DNA of 64,000 nt from an uncultured Acidobacteriota bacterium (lineage in GTDB: Bacteria; Acidobacteriota; Vicinamibacteria; Fen-336): contig OY970399.1 of assembly GCA_963720545.1 (NCBI GenBank), positions 2,624,001 through 2,688,000 of the forward strand, read 5' to 3'. The position numbers were made by a program, and so were the translations under genes. Of this stretch, positions 24,613-37,000 are shown in pieces (positions within the stretch are counted from its first letter, which is position 1; every line of letters starts with the position of its first letter). The notes under the pieces are model-generated. The model did no database searches. It was not told where the DNA came from and saw only the letters and a list, made by a program, of their open reading frames with translations.

Positions 24613-25506
24613 ATGAGGTGCGACCTTCATGTTCACTCGCGGCACTCAGGCTCCGCAAACGTGCCGCTGCTGCCGGGCTGGCTCGAGTGCTATTCCGAGC
24701 CCGAGGCTGTCTACGAGACGGCTCGCCGCCGCGGCATGGATATCGTGACCCTGACCGACCACGACTCCGTGACGGGCGCGCTGCTGTTGCGTGAGCGCCG
24801 TCCCGGCACCTTCGTGAGCGAGGAAGTGACGGTCCTGCTGGGCGGGGGACGCGAGCTGCACTTCGGCGTCTACGGCATCGACGAGCGCCAGCACGAAGAG
24901 ATCACGCGGCGGCGCAGCGACGGCGAGCGCCTGGTGGCGTACCTCGCCGCCAACGACATCCCGTTTGCGGTCAACCACCTGTTCTCGCCGCTCACCGGAC
25001 GGCGCCTCACCGCCGACCTCGACTGGGCGCTGTCGATCGCATCACTTCTCGAGACCGGCAACGCGATGCTGCCCGCGATCTCGAACGCGCTCGCCGACGA
25101 CGCGCGCCGCCGCATCCACGCCGGTGCCGTCGGCGGCAGCGACTCGCACGCGCTGCGCTTCGTCGCCCGCTCCTACACCGTAGTGCCCGGCGCCCGCTCC
25201 ATAACCGAGTTTCTCGACGGCTTAAGAGCCGGCAAGTGCCATGCAGAAGGCACGGCCTCGAACGGCATCGGCCTCACGCGGGACGTGCTTGACGTGGCGC
25301 TGGCCGGCGCGCGCAGCGGCATCCGTTCGGCGCGCGGGGCACGCAAAGCGCTACTCGCCAGCGTGCTGCTCGCGAGCGCGCCTTTGTGGGTGCCGGCCAT
25401 CGGCGCCGCGGTCGGCTGGAGCCGGCTGCGCGAGCACACCATGCCGCGGGTCTACGCGCTCGGCATGGCGCGCGCCGCGCAGCGCCGGCGCCTGGGGATC
25501 GCATGA
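24613..25506 (+). CDS. PHP domain metallophosphoesterase
   Basis: DLHVHS, TLTDHD, NH and GGSDSH. Confidence 0.85.
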   Translation: MRCDLHVHSRHSGSANVPLLPGWLECYSEPEAVYETARRRGMDIVTLTDHDSVTGALLLRERRPGTFVSEEVTVLLGGGRELHFGVYGIDERQHEEITRRRSDGERLVAYLAANDIPFAVNHLFSPLTGRRLTADLDWALSIASLLETGNAMLPAISNALADDARRRIHAGAVGGSDSHALRFVARSYTVVPGARSITEFLDGLRAGKCHAEGTASNGIGLTRDVLDVALAGARSGIRSARGARKALLASVLLASAPLWVPAIGAAVGWSRLREHTMPRVYALGMARAAQRRRLGIA

Positions 25507-25997
25507 ACGCGGTGCTCTCGTACCTCGAAGCTTCCGACCAGCGCATCGCCACCCGCGTCGCCGACTGGAGAACGCCACGCTGGCTGCGCCGCTGGATGAT
25601 CGCGATGTCGCGCCTGGGCGACGGCTGGCTCTGGCTGCCGTGCATCGCCTGGCTCGCCGCGCACGAAGCGTCGGGCCTGGAACGCGCGGCCAGCCTCGCG
25701 GTCATCGTCAACGCGGCAATCATCATCCTCAAGCGCCTCACGAGGCGGTCCCGCCCCGCAAATGGCGGTGCGCCGCCGATCTACGACCGCTATTCGTTTC
25801 CATCCGGGCACGCGATGAACGCCTTCGCGGCGTGCGGCGCCGTGGCGCTCGCCGAACCAGTCCTGGCACTTCTCGCACTGGCGCTCGCCGGCAACATCGC
25901 CGTGGCGCGCGTGGTCCTGGGACGCCACTACGCGAGCGACGTCATCGCCGGCGGCGCACTCGGTATTTTCGCGGCGGCTTTCGTCCGGCTTCTGTAA
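25503..25997 (+). CDS. PAP2 family phosphatase
   Basis: KRLTRRSRP, SFPSGH and RVVLGRHYASD. Confidence 0.88.
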   Translation: MNAVLSYLEASDQRIATRVADWRTPRWLRRWMIAMSRLGDGWLWLPCIAWLAAHEASGLERAASLAVIVNAAIIILKRLTRRSRPANGGAPPIYDRYSFPSGHAMNAFAACGAVALAEPVLALLALALAGNIAVARVVLGRHYASDVIAGGALGIFAAAFVRLL

Positions 25998-26009
25998 GCT
26001 TGGGAGCGC

Positions 26010-27510
26010 GTGGCGCGCTCTCATTCCTCCAAAGACCCGATCGCCGTCATCGACATCGGCTCCAACTCGGGCCGCGTGGTCGTCTACCGGCTCGATGCGG
26101 CCGGCGCCCTGCGCATCGTCGCCAGCGCCCGCGCCGGCCTGCGCCTGGTCGCCGACGTGGACGAATACCGCAAGCTCACCACCGAGGCGATGGACCGCGC
26201 CTTCGAGGCGCTCAGCGACTTTCGCGCGCTCGCCGAAGGCGCCGGCGCCCGCCGCATCCACGCGGTTGCCACCGCGGCGATGCGCGACGCCTCGAACGGC
26301 GACGCCTTCATCGCCCGCGTGAAGAAGCGCCTCGGCATCCGCATCGTCACGATCGACGGCAAGACCGAGGGCCGCTACGGCTTCATGGGCGCGCTGCACG
26401 GCCTGCCGGTGGAGAGCGGCTTCATCTTCGACATGGGCGGCGGCAGCATGCAGGTCTCGAGCTTTCGCGCAGCGGCGACTGGTGGAAGCGGTCAGCCTCA
26501 AGCTCGGCTCGCTGCGCCTCAGCAACCGCTTCCTGGAGGATGACCCGCCGTCGAAGGAAGACTTGCGCCGGCTGCGCAAGCACGTGCGCGGCGAGCTGGG
26601 CGAGATGGACCTGGCGAAGCTGCGCCGCGGCGAACAACTGGTGGGCACCGGCGGCACCGTCCGTAACCTGGCGAAGATCGACGCCCGCCGCAGCGACTTC
26701 CCGGTGGAGCGGGTGCACGGCTACCTGCTGTCGCGCGATTCGGTGGGCGAGATCGTCGAGCTCCTGTGCAGCACGAAGTCGTCGCGCCGCGACCAGATAC
26801 CCGGCCTCTCCGACGACCGCGCCGACTCGATCGTCGGCGGCGCCATCGGCATCGAATCGTTGATGGACACGCTGCGCGCCGACGAGATCGTGGTCTCGGG
26901 GCAGGGCGTGCGCGAGGGCCTGGCGCTCAGCCAGCTCGGCGCCAACCCGCCGTCGATCGAGGCGGTGCGCCGCACGTCGTTTCGTTCCCTCGGCCTGCGC
27001 TTCGACACCTGGAACGAGAAGAGCGCCGACCGCCGCCGTGGCCTCGCGACGGCCCTCTACCGAGCACTCGAGCCAAAGACCGACGCCGTCCACGTCGAGG
27101 CGCTTGCCCTCGCGGCCTACCTGCTCGACACCGGCCGCACCCTCGACTTCTTCAACCGCCACGAGCACACCGCCGAGATCCTGATGGCCGCCGCCCTCGA
27201 CGGCTTCTCGCAGCGCGAGATCGCCCTCGTCGCCGCGGTCGCGCGCCGTGCCGGCGCCTCGAACTGGGACCCTGCGGAGTGGTTCCCGCTGATCGACGAC
27301 GAAACCCGCGCCATCGAGCGCGCCGCCGTGGTGCTGCTGCTCGCCGACGAGCTGGAGGAGCGCTGCCGCGGCGAGCGCGCATTGTCGGTGCGAACCAAGG
27401 TGGGCCGCTCGAGCGTTACGGTGCGCGTCAAAGGCCTCGTCGGCTGGCGCGACACCAAGCTCAGCAACCGCTTCCACAAGGCGTTCGCCCGCGACCTCGT
27501 CGTGATCTAG
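26010..27510 (+). CDS. ppx: Ppx/GppA exopolyphosphatase (frameshift near 26470)
   Basis: IDIGSNS, ATAAMRDA, DMGGGS, GTGGT and GVREG, plus a C-terminal HD-like domain. Confidence 0.88.
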
Positions 27511-28166
27511 GGCCGCGCGTCGAAGAAGACCTTCACCGCAAGGCCGAGGAAGAGCAGCGCCGAGAAGAACGCGAGCCCGCTCGTCAGCTTCGTCCCCAGC
27601 CGCCCGTGCAGCCGCCCGGTGAGCCCACCGAGAAACGAGGACCACAGGAGCGAGGCGAGCGCGAACCCGCCAAAGAAGAACGCCAACCCAGCCCGGCCCT
27701 GACCAGCCGTGGAAGCAGCGATGAGCGCCGTGCCCGCGGTCGCGAACCACAGGATCGCGGTGGGCGAGGACAGCGCGACGGCAGCACCCCGGCCGAAGTG
27801 CCCAAAGAGCGAGAGCGAACGAGCGCCATCGCCGCCAGCGTTGGCATCGATCGCCTTAGGATGCAACGCTTCGCGCAGCATGTGGAACGAAAGCCACAGC
27901 AACGACGCAGTGCCCGCAATCCAGACCACGCGCCGCGCAACCGGACTTCCCATCACCGCGGCAGCACCCATCGCCGAGAGAAAGGCGTAAACGAGATCTC
28001 CCAGCGTCGCACCCGCGCCAAAGGCGAGCGCCGCACGCACGCCGTGCAGGATCGCGGTGCGCATCAGCGCCACGTTCACCATGCCGAGATCGACGCACAG
28101 CGACAGCGACAGGAGAAAACCGGCGATGAAGGGACGCAAGCGCGCCAAGATTAACGCGGCAGCCAT
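27507..28166 (-). CDS. LysE family amino-acid exporter
   Basis: LSLCVDLGMVN, GATLGD and ALSSPTAILWF. Hydrophobic, about 215 aa. Confidence 0.82.
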   Translation of the reverse strand: MAAALILARLRPFIAGFLLSLSLCVDLGMVNVALMRTAILHGVRAALAFGAGATLGDLVYAFLSAMGAAAVMGSPVARRVVWIAGTASLLWLSFHMLREALHPKAIDANAGGDGARSLSLFGHFGRGAAVALSSPTAILWFATAGTALIAASTAGQGRAGLAFFFGGFALASLLWSSFLGGLTGRLHGRLGTKLTSGLAFFSALLFLGLAVKVFFDARP

Positions 28167-28184
28167 CGAGTAAGCTGCCGCGCC

Positions 28185-30318
28185 ATGAACTGGACCGCCT
28201 TGCCGCTTCTCCTGTGCGCCTCGGCCGCAATCGCCGCCGACGCCCGCCGACATTCGACCAACTGGTTTCGCTGCAGCGCCCCTACGACGCAGCACTCTCA
28301 CCCGACGGCGCCAAGGTCGTGTACACGGTGCGCGGCACCGACTGGGACAAGAACGCCTTCACGCAGCGCCTCGCAATAGCCGATGTGAAAGCGGCAACCT
28401 CGCGACCGATAGCCGAGGGCCTCGAGTCGAGCTACGCCGCCCAGTGGTCGCCCGACGGCAAGCGCCTCGCATTCCTGTCGGAGAGGGAAGGAAAGACCCA
28501 GATATTCACCGCCGCCGCGGACGGCAGCGACGCACAAGCCCTGACGAACGTAACGACCGGCGTAGCCCTCTACGCCTGGTCACCCGACGGCAAGACCATC
28601 GCCTTCGTCGCGCGAATCCCCAGACCAGACGCACTAACCAAGCGCGACAAAGAGGAAAGCGGCTACGAGGTCGTCGGCGAGTACGCGCCACAAAGCCAGG
28701 TGTTCCTGGCGGACACAACGACAAAAGCAGTCAGCCAGCTCACGAGCGGCCAAAACTCCATACGCCGCTTCACCTGGTCGCACGACGGCAAAAGGATCGC
28801 CTTCGACCACCGCCCAAGCGACAACACCAACACCGAGTTCAACTCCGACCTCTCGGTGGTGGACGTCGAGAGCAAAGCGGTCAAAAGCCTCGTCAGCCGC
28901 CCAGGCCCGGACCAGTGGCCCGTGTGGTCGCCGGACGACACGCAGATCCTGTTCGTCACCGGCAACGGCAACGCCGGTCACCACTATTTTTCAAACGGCC
29001 AGCTCGCGACAGTCCCGGCACAGGGCGGGGAAGTGACGCTGCTGAAGGTGCAGCACGACGAGCTCATGATTCCGATCGACTGGGAGCCGTCGGGCATCTA
29101 CATGCGCTCGTTCGCGGGCCCGTTCCCCAACCTCTATCGCGTGAACCCAACGACCGGCGCAGTAACCCTCATGGCCCCCGGCAAGGAGTGGATCACCTCG
29201 GGAAGATCGTGGAACAAGGAGAAGAACGAACTCGCGTTCATCTGCGCCACCCCGCAGAGCTACGACGAGGTGTGCGTGGCGGCAGCTTCCAACAGGCACA
29301 GCCCCGATGACCGCGCGCCGCATCACGCAGTTCGGCGACCAGCTAAAAACCTGGCCAAAGACCACGCACGAGCTCGTCCAATGGCAAAGCGAGGACGGCA
29401 CAAAGATAGAGGGAGTGCTTCACAAGCCGGAGAACTTCGACGAAAGGCCGCCGCTACCCGCTGATGATCGTGATCCACGGCGGCCCGTCGTCCTACTCGC
29501 GCCCCTCGCCGGTAGACGAATGGGGCAACGACGTCCCCTATCCCATCGAAGTGTGGCTGAAAAAAGGCGTACTGGTGCTGGAACCGAACTACCGCGGCAG
29601 CCTCGGCTACGGCGAAGCGTTCAAGAGCCTCATCGTCGGCAAGCTGGGCCAGGGCGAGCCGGAGGACATCGTCTCGGGCATCGACGCCCTGGTGAAAGAA
29701 GGAATCGTCGACAACGACAAAGTCGGCGTCGCCGGCTGGAGCTACGGCGGCTACCTGACAGCCCTCCTCTCGGTCCGCTACCCGCAGCGCTTCAAGGCCG
29801 CCTCGGCAGGCGCCGGCATCACCGACTGGCAAACCGACTACGTCAACAGCGACATCGACGACTGGTTCCACGCCTTCTTCCGCTCAACGCCATGGGACGA
29901 CCCCACCGGCGCCTGGACCAAGGGCTCCCCAATGACCTATATCAAGGATGCCCGCATCCCCACCCTCATCCAGCACGGCGCCGACGACCCGAGAGTGCCG
30001 ATCGCGAACTCAAAGGAGTTCTACCGCGCCCTCCAGGACAAGAAGGTCCCCTCCCGCCTGATCTTCTACAAGGGAATGGGCCACATCCTCGACACCCCAA
30101 GAGCCATGCGCGCCGCCATGTCCCACAACCTCGCCTGGTTCGACCAGTACCTGCTCAGCCCGGAGAAGAGCCCCGGAGAAGTAACGCTCAGTCCCTCACT
30201 CCTGCGGTCCCGCCGTATACTCCGGCCAATGGCTCAGGGCCCCTCTCTCGCAGGCAGTACAACTCTGCGACGAAGGCGCTCGGCGACAGGGTCGAGACCG
30301 ATCCAAAAGAGGATCTGA
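28185..30318 (+). CDS. Secreted S9 family peptidase with beta-propeller (frameshifts near 28250, 29300 and 29450; 3' end uncertain)
   Basis: Signal peptide, WSPDG repeats, HGGP, PNYRGS, GWSYGG, HGADDPRVP and GMGH. Confidence 0.88.
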
Positions 30319-30522
30319 GTAACCTCCTGCTGAAGATCCCCAACGTCGGCAAAGCAGAGTTAGCCACCTCGACCAACGACTCTTTTGCCGCTCCAAGCTT
30401 CGAGGGGTGGCGCCCCTTGCCCTTACCGTTGGCGACAAGCCCATGATGTGCGGAAGTTCAACGCATCGCGGCAGCTCGGAAGCGCCGGCGCTAGCGGCGT
30501 AGAGGATCGTGGAACCAAGGGC

Positions 30523-31212
30523 ATGAGCGGCGGCGATCACCACTACCACGGCCACAGGCAGCGCCTCCGGGAACGCTTCCTGAAATCCGGTCTGGCTGGT
30601 TTCGCCGACTACGAGGTAGTCGAGCTGGTGCTTACTCTCGCAGTTCCGCGCTCAGACGTGAAACAGCCGGCCAAGGCCCTGATAGCGCGTTTCGGTAATC
30701 TGCGGGGCATCCTGGATGCACCCATCGAGGACATGCGCGCGATCGCCGGCATCGGGACCGTCACGCCGGTTGCACTGCGGATCATCAAGGCTGCGGCGAC
30801 GCTTTTCCTACAGCAATGCTGCGAAGGCTACGACTCGCTCGTGGATCCGGCCAGACTTGCGGACTTTTGGCGCATGCGGATCGGAGCTCTTCGGAACGAG
30901 GTCTTCGAGGTGGCCTACCTGGACTCGGCGCATCGGCTCATGCGGGACGGGGTCGAGACGCTCGAGGAAGGCACCATCGACCGGGCATCGGTGTATCCGC
31001 GCCGGGTGATCGAGGCGGCCCTGAAGCGGGGAGCAGCGGCACTCGTGCTCGCGCACAACCACCCGAACGGCAACGTCACGCCGAGCGAGTACGACAAGGC
31101 GCTCACGCGGGCGATCGTGCTCGGTGCAGACGCCGTGCATCTCAAGGTCGTGGACCACCTCATCGTGTCGGCGCAGGAAACCTTCAGTTTCCGCAAGGCG
31201 GGTCTCCTGTGA
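30523..31212 (+). CDS. radC: RadC family (HhH + JAB/MPN) protein
   Basis: GHRQRLRERF, GTIDRASVYPR, HNHPNG...PSEYD and DHLIV. Confidence 0.92.
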   Translation: MSGGDHHYHGHRQRLRERFLKSGLAGFADYEVVELVLTLAVPRSDVKQPAKALIARFGNLRGILDAPIEDMRAIAGIGTVTPVALRIIKAAATLFLQQCCEGYDSLVDPARLADFWRMRIGALRNEVFEVAYLDSAHRLMRDGVETLEEGTIDRASVYPRRVIEAALKRGAAALVLAHNHPNGNVTPSEYDKALTRAIVLGADAVHLKVVDHLIVSAQETFSFRKAGLL

Positions 31213-34087
31213 GCATCGCGTCCGCCATCGAGCAGCACTACCCGGGGCTCAACGACGCCCAGCGCGCGATCGTCGGTCATCTCGATGGTCCGCTGCTCGT
31301 GATCGCCGGTCCGGGATCGGGCAAGACGTTCAGCATCGTGCTTCGCGCGCTAAATCTCCTGCTGTTGGAAAAGGCACACCCCGGGCAACTCGTGCTATGC
31401 ACCTTCACCGAGAAGGCCGCCTTCGAAATGCGCGACCGGTTGGCCGCCGCGGCGCGCAAAGTGGGCTACACAGGCGACCTCTCGGAACTAGCAATCTCTA
31501 CAATCCACAGCTTCTGCAACCGCGTGCTCACACAGCACCGCCACCGGACGGAGCTCGGCCACAACTTCGACACACTTGACGAGCTCACGCAACTCCTCCT
31601 GATCTTCGAACACTTCGACGAGATTATTGGACCAGCGGAGAACGACCTCTTCCTCGGCAAGTGGAAGACTCGTTGGACGGCCATCGTCGGCGCGCGCGGC
31701 TACTTCGACAAGACTCACCGAGGAGCTCGTCGATCCTGAACAGCTCATCGTCTCCGCCGACCCCATTCTCGTACGCCATCGGCAACGCCTATCGGCGCTA
31801 CGAGCGTGCGCTGCTCGATGCCAACCGCACCGATTTCGCGCATCTTCAGCGCCTCGTTTACGACTTGCTCAGCGATCCCAGCACCGTGGACGCCGTGACT
31901 CGCGATCTCCGCTACGTGCTTGTGGACGAGTACCAGGACACAAACTACATTCAGGAGCGGCTCCTCCTCAAACTCACCGAGACGAGCCGCAACCTGTGCG
32001 TGGTCGGCGATGAGGACCAGAGCCTGTATCGCTTCCGCGGCGCCACGGTGCGGAACATTCTCGAGTTCCCGCAACGGATGCCCGGCTGCGCTACAGTCAA
32101 ACTAACGACGAACTACCGCTCCCACCGCGCGATCGTGGAACGCTACGACCGCTGGATGGCTTCGACGGACTGGTCGAACCGCAACGGCGCCTCATTCCGC
32201 CACGACAAGACCATCGAGGCCGACGCAGCGGCAACGCATCCTGAACTACCCCTCCGTCATCGCGATCTGGGGCAAGGACAAGCGCGACGAGGCCGCTCGT
32301 TTCACAGACATCGTCGAGTTCCTGAGAGGCAATCGGGTCATCGCCGACTACGGACAAGTAGCCCTGCTCCTGCACAGCGTGCGGGAGGAACACAGCGGCC
32401 CGTATCTCGCCGCGCTGGAGGCCAAGGGCATCCCGACCTTCTGCCCGCGAGCCCGCGCGTACTTCGACATTCCACGAGGTCCGCTGACCTGGTCGCCTGT
32501 TTCGCGGTGCTATTCGGCTGGCACGGCAACGGGCGCGGCCAGGTCGGCGGCGCGGTAGCCGAACTGGCCAACTACGTCGACGATGCCATCGTTCGAACTC
32601 GCCCGCCGCTTCGGCGCACCGCACCCGCTCGCCGAAGCGCTTGCAACTATGGACCGGCGAGATCGCCGGCCCTGCAGGAAGGCGAAGCGCTCGACCTGCG
32701 TCCGGCCGACTACTTCTACCACCTGCTCGCCCTCGACCCGTTCAAGAGCTGCGGTGAAGAACGAGAACATGCGCCCGCAACCTCGCGATCTTCTCCCAGC
32801 TGCTGAACGTCTTCCAGAGCTACTACCACTACACCGTCGTCACGCACCGCAACCGCGAGTTCCTCCGGTTACACTTTTTCAACAGCTTCCTGCGTCTGCT
32901 CTACGACGGCGGCATCAACGAGTACGAAGACCCGGACCAGCCCTTCCCCAAGGGCCACGTGCAGGTGATGACGATCCACCAAGCCAAGGGACTCGAGTTC
33001 CCGGTGGTCGTGGTTGGTTCGCTCGCGACGCAGCTCTCGAGCCCCAAGCAGATCGACCGCGACCTGCGGCCCCTTCTACCACCGCCCGCCCTTCGAGCCT
33101 GAGAACCGCATCACTCGCTTCGACCGCATGCGGCTGCACTACGTGGCTTTCTCGCGGCCGCAAAAGGTGCTCGTGCTTACGGCCCACGAGCCCCCGAAGG
33201 AGCACTTCACTCCCATCTGGCAGGGGCTCCCGCAATGGCCCTACGTGCAGAAGGAGTTGCTCGCCGCCCAGCGCTTCGAAGTGCGCGAGAGCGATGCCGG
33301 TCAAGAAGTCCTACAGCTTCACCGGCGACCTCAAGGTCTACGAGACCTGCCCGCGCCAGTACCAGTTTTTCCGCGAGTACGACTTCACGCCCTCGCGCTC
33401 GGCGGTGATCTTCTTCGGCCTGCTCGTGCACCAGACAATCGAGGAGATCCACCGCATCGCCCTCGACGGCAGGCTCGACACGCTCGACGAGCCCCGCATC
33501 CGCGAGCTCTTTGACCGCACCTTCCGCTACCTCGTCGCGAGCGACGTGCGGCCCATCGGCGATAGGGCCCGCGAAGCAGCGCTTCGTGCAGGTGATGAAC
33601 TACTTCCACCAGAACCAGCGACGAGATGCGGCGCGTCATCCAGACCGAGGTGGACGTCTCGCTGGAGAAGGACGGCTACATCCTCACCGGCAAGGTGGAT
33701 CTGCTGCTCGGCGGCGACGGCAAGCTGGAACTCCTCGACTTCAAGACCTCGCCGCGCCCGAAGGACTGCCCCGAACTGCTCGCCACTTACGAGCGCCAGC
33801 TTTGCACTTACGCCCATATCCTGGAGCGCCGCCACGGCAAACGGCACCCGGAGCGGCTGCTCCTCTACTGGACTTCCGAACCGCGCAAGCAGGATGCGCT
33901 AGTGGTTCTGTCCTACGACCAGAAGCGCGTGGAGGAGGCCGGCCTGCACTTCGACGAGACCGTGCGTCGCATTCAGGCGCGCGAGTTCGCGGTGACGACG
34001 CCGCCCGAGGCGGCAATCTGCAAGGAGTGCGACCTGCGTATGCTGTGCCACGCGGATGGCGTGATCAGCCGGGAGGCACGCGGCTGA
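31209..34087 (+). CDS. UvrD/SF1A helicase fused to a Cys4 (Fe-S) PD-(D/E)XK nuclease (multiple frameshifts)
   Basis: LNDAQ, AGPGSGKT, TFTEKAA, TIHSF, DEYQDTN, VGDEDQSLYRFRGA, NYRS, TIHQAKGLEF and YVAFSRP. C-terminal YETCPRQY, GKVDL, DFKT and ICKECDLRMLC. Confidence 0.88.
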
Positions 34088-37000
34088 TGGCGTGCGACTA
34101 CCTGACCATCCGCGCAGAGAACGAGCGCCGCTACGGAACCGACATCGGGCGCATCGGCCCGATGCTGCTCGCCGATCGGTTACGACGATCGTACCCACTT
34201 CATCTACGAGCTTCTCCAGAACGCTGAGGACGCCCTGCTCAAGCGCGGCTCGGGTACCGGCAAGCGCTCCGTCCGGTTTCAGCTTGGGCCAGGGGCGCTT
34301 CGGATCAGCCACTTCGGCAAGCCCTTCGACCAGGCGGACGTACGCGGCATCTGCGGCATCGCGGAGAGCACGAAGGACCTCACCGCAATCGGGCGATTCG
34401 GCATCGGATTCAAGTCGGTCTACGCCTTTACCGATCGGCCAGAGATCTACTCCGGCGATGAGAGCTTTGCGATCGAGAGCTTTGTCTGGCCGGAAGCTGT
34501 TCCGCAGGCTCGCAGGGACGCAGACGAAACCGTAGTGCTTCTCCCTTTGCGTCACGGGGAGGATGCAACGGAGATCGAATCCGGGCTGAAGCGGCTGGGC
34601 GCGGGCTCGCTCCTCTTTCTTCGCGCAATCGAGGAGATCGAGTGGAGCGCGGAGAGTCGGTTATCCGGAATCTACTTGCGGAGCCAGCCGGATCGGCTTG
34701 CCGACTCGGTGCGCAGGATCACCGTCATCGGCCAGTCTGCGGGCTCGCCGGATGTGGAGGAATCCTGGATCCTTTTCTCGAAGTCGGTCTTCTCTCCTGA
34801 AGGCGAGAATGTGGGCAACGTCGAGGTTGCGTTCTCCATCGGCCGGGATACGAAGTCGGGCAGCGAGACGTTGCGCCCCATCTCGCGCTCGCCTCTCGTG
34901 GTCTTTTTCCCGACGGCCTTGGAAACGCACCTCGGGTTCCTGCTCCAAGGTCCCTTTCGGACCACGCCTAGCCGGGACAACGTGCCCGCGCAGGATGCAT
35001 GGAACCGGCATTGCGTGGCCGAGACGGCAGACGTCGTGCGTCATGCACTCCTCTGGCTGAGGGACAACGGTCACCTCGACGCGGGTGCCTTGCGCTGCCT
35101 GCCGCTTGATCGCGCGAAGTTCCCGGAAGGCGCGATGTTCGCGCCCATCTTCGAGGGCGCGCGAAGCGCGCTCGCCGCAGAAGCGTTGCTTCCCCGTCAC
35201 GGCGGCGGGCACCTGCCCGCGAAACAGGCCCGGCTTGCCCGGACCCAGGAATTGCGCGAGTTGCTGAGTCCGGCGCAGCTCACGGCGCTGCTCGGCGCAC
35301 AGACCGAACTCGCCTGGCTGGATGGCGCGATCTCGCAGGACCGCACACCGGACCTTCGGGACTACCTAATCGAGGAGTTGCAGGTCGAGGAAGTCAGACC
35401 CGAGACCATTCTCCCGAAGTTCACCGCGCAGTTCCTCGAAGCGCAGCCCGACGAATGGGTGCGCCGGCTCTATGAGTTCCTCGGCGACCAGAAGGCTCTG
35501 CACTTCCGCGCGCGTGAGCTGCCCCTCGTGAGGATCGAGGACTGCCGGCATGTCCGCGCCCAGGTCAACGGCCAGCCAGAGGCATTCCTTCCCGGCGCGG
35601 TCGCCACCGAGTTTCCGACAGTGCGCCGGGCCGTATGCAACACGGAAGGGTCCCGCACTTTTCTCGAAGCGCTCGGCCTTACGGAGCCAGACCTCGTGGA
35701 CGACGTGATCGTCAACGTGCTGCCGCGGTATTCCACGGATCAGGCCGCATTGGACTCCGAGGCGTACGCGGCCGACATCGAGCGGATGTTGCGCGCGTAC
35801 CGAACCGACTCGGACAGCCGCCGCGGCCGACTGGTCGCCGCGCTTCGCGAGACCAAGTTTGTCGCGCCACGAGCGCAGAGCGACGATGCGCCGCGAATGG
35901 CCACGCTGGGCGACGTCTACCTCGCGACTGAGCGGCTGACGCGGCTTTTCGCCGGCGTCCAAGGCGTGCGCCTTGTCGATGACGGCTACGCGTGCCTGAA
36001 GGGCGAGGACGTGCGCGACGTACTCGAAGCATGCGGCGCCGTGCGCTATCCGCGTCCGGTCGAAGACACATCGCTATCATGGGAGGAGAGGCGCAAGCTC
36101 CGCGTGCGGGCGGGGCACGCTGAGACCTCGCATCAGAACGATCGCGTAACCGACTGGTCGCTGAAGGGTCTAGAAGCCTGGATCGGGATGCTGCCGGGAC
36201 TCGGCGCCGAGGAGCGTCGGGAGCGGGCCAGCTTGCTGTGGGAAGAGCTGGCGAACTTGGAGGAGCGGCGCGGCAAGGCTGTCTTCGGCGCGGTCTATAC
36301 ATGGACGCACTACGGGAGCTACAGGGCCGACTACGACGCAGCTTTCGTGCGACTGCTCAACGGCAAGGAGTGGGTGCCGGACGCCGACGGAACTCTTCGC
36401 CTTCCGTCCGCTGTCCTGTTCGATTCGCTCGATTGGAAACCGAATCCGTTTCTGCTCTCGAAGATTCGCTTCAAGCGGCCGGTCATCGACCAGCTGGCGC
36501 GCGAGGCCGGCATCGAGCCCGGCTTGCTCGACCTGCTCAGGAAACTGGGTATCGCAAGCGAAGCCGAGCTGCGCCATCGGCTTGGTGTGCAGCAAGAAAG
36601 CCCTGCCGGCGACGAGGGCAGGGGCGAGAGCGTCGATGACGCACTGAAGAGGCTTGGAGCCACGTGAACGAACAAGCCGCGGGCGACGGATCCGACAGCT
36701 GGCGCGCCGACACAAAATGGCGCACAAGGGGGCGTCGCTCCTGGTGGAAGGCGTTCTGGCTCTAGCGGCTGGAAGCGCACTCCGGGCGGCTCGGGAGGCA
36801 GGCCGTTCATCTCCTATATCGGGACGCATACTGACGACGAGGGGCGAGACCCAGACGGCCTGGATCAGGCGTCGCGCGTGGCGCTCGAGGCGAAGGGCAT
36901 CCGCGCTGATACGCGCAGGGGTCCTCGGTGGCAGCGCACGCCGACACACAATAGCGGCTTCGATCTCTTCGAACAGGGACCGGATGGCAGGCCACGCCGC

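Noticed and set aside
33300..34087. Cas4 / CRISPR system
   Set aside because: The Cas4-like domain is fused to UvrD, and there is no cas1, cas2 or repeat-spacer array in the window.
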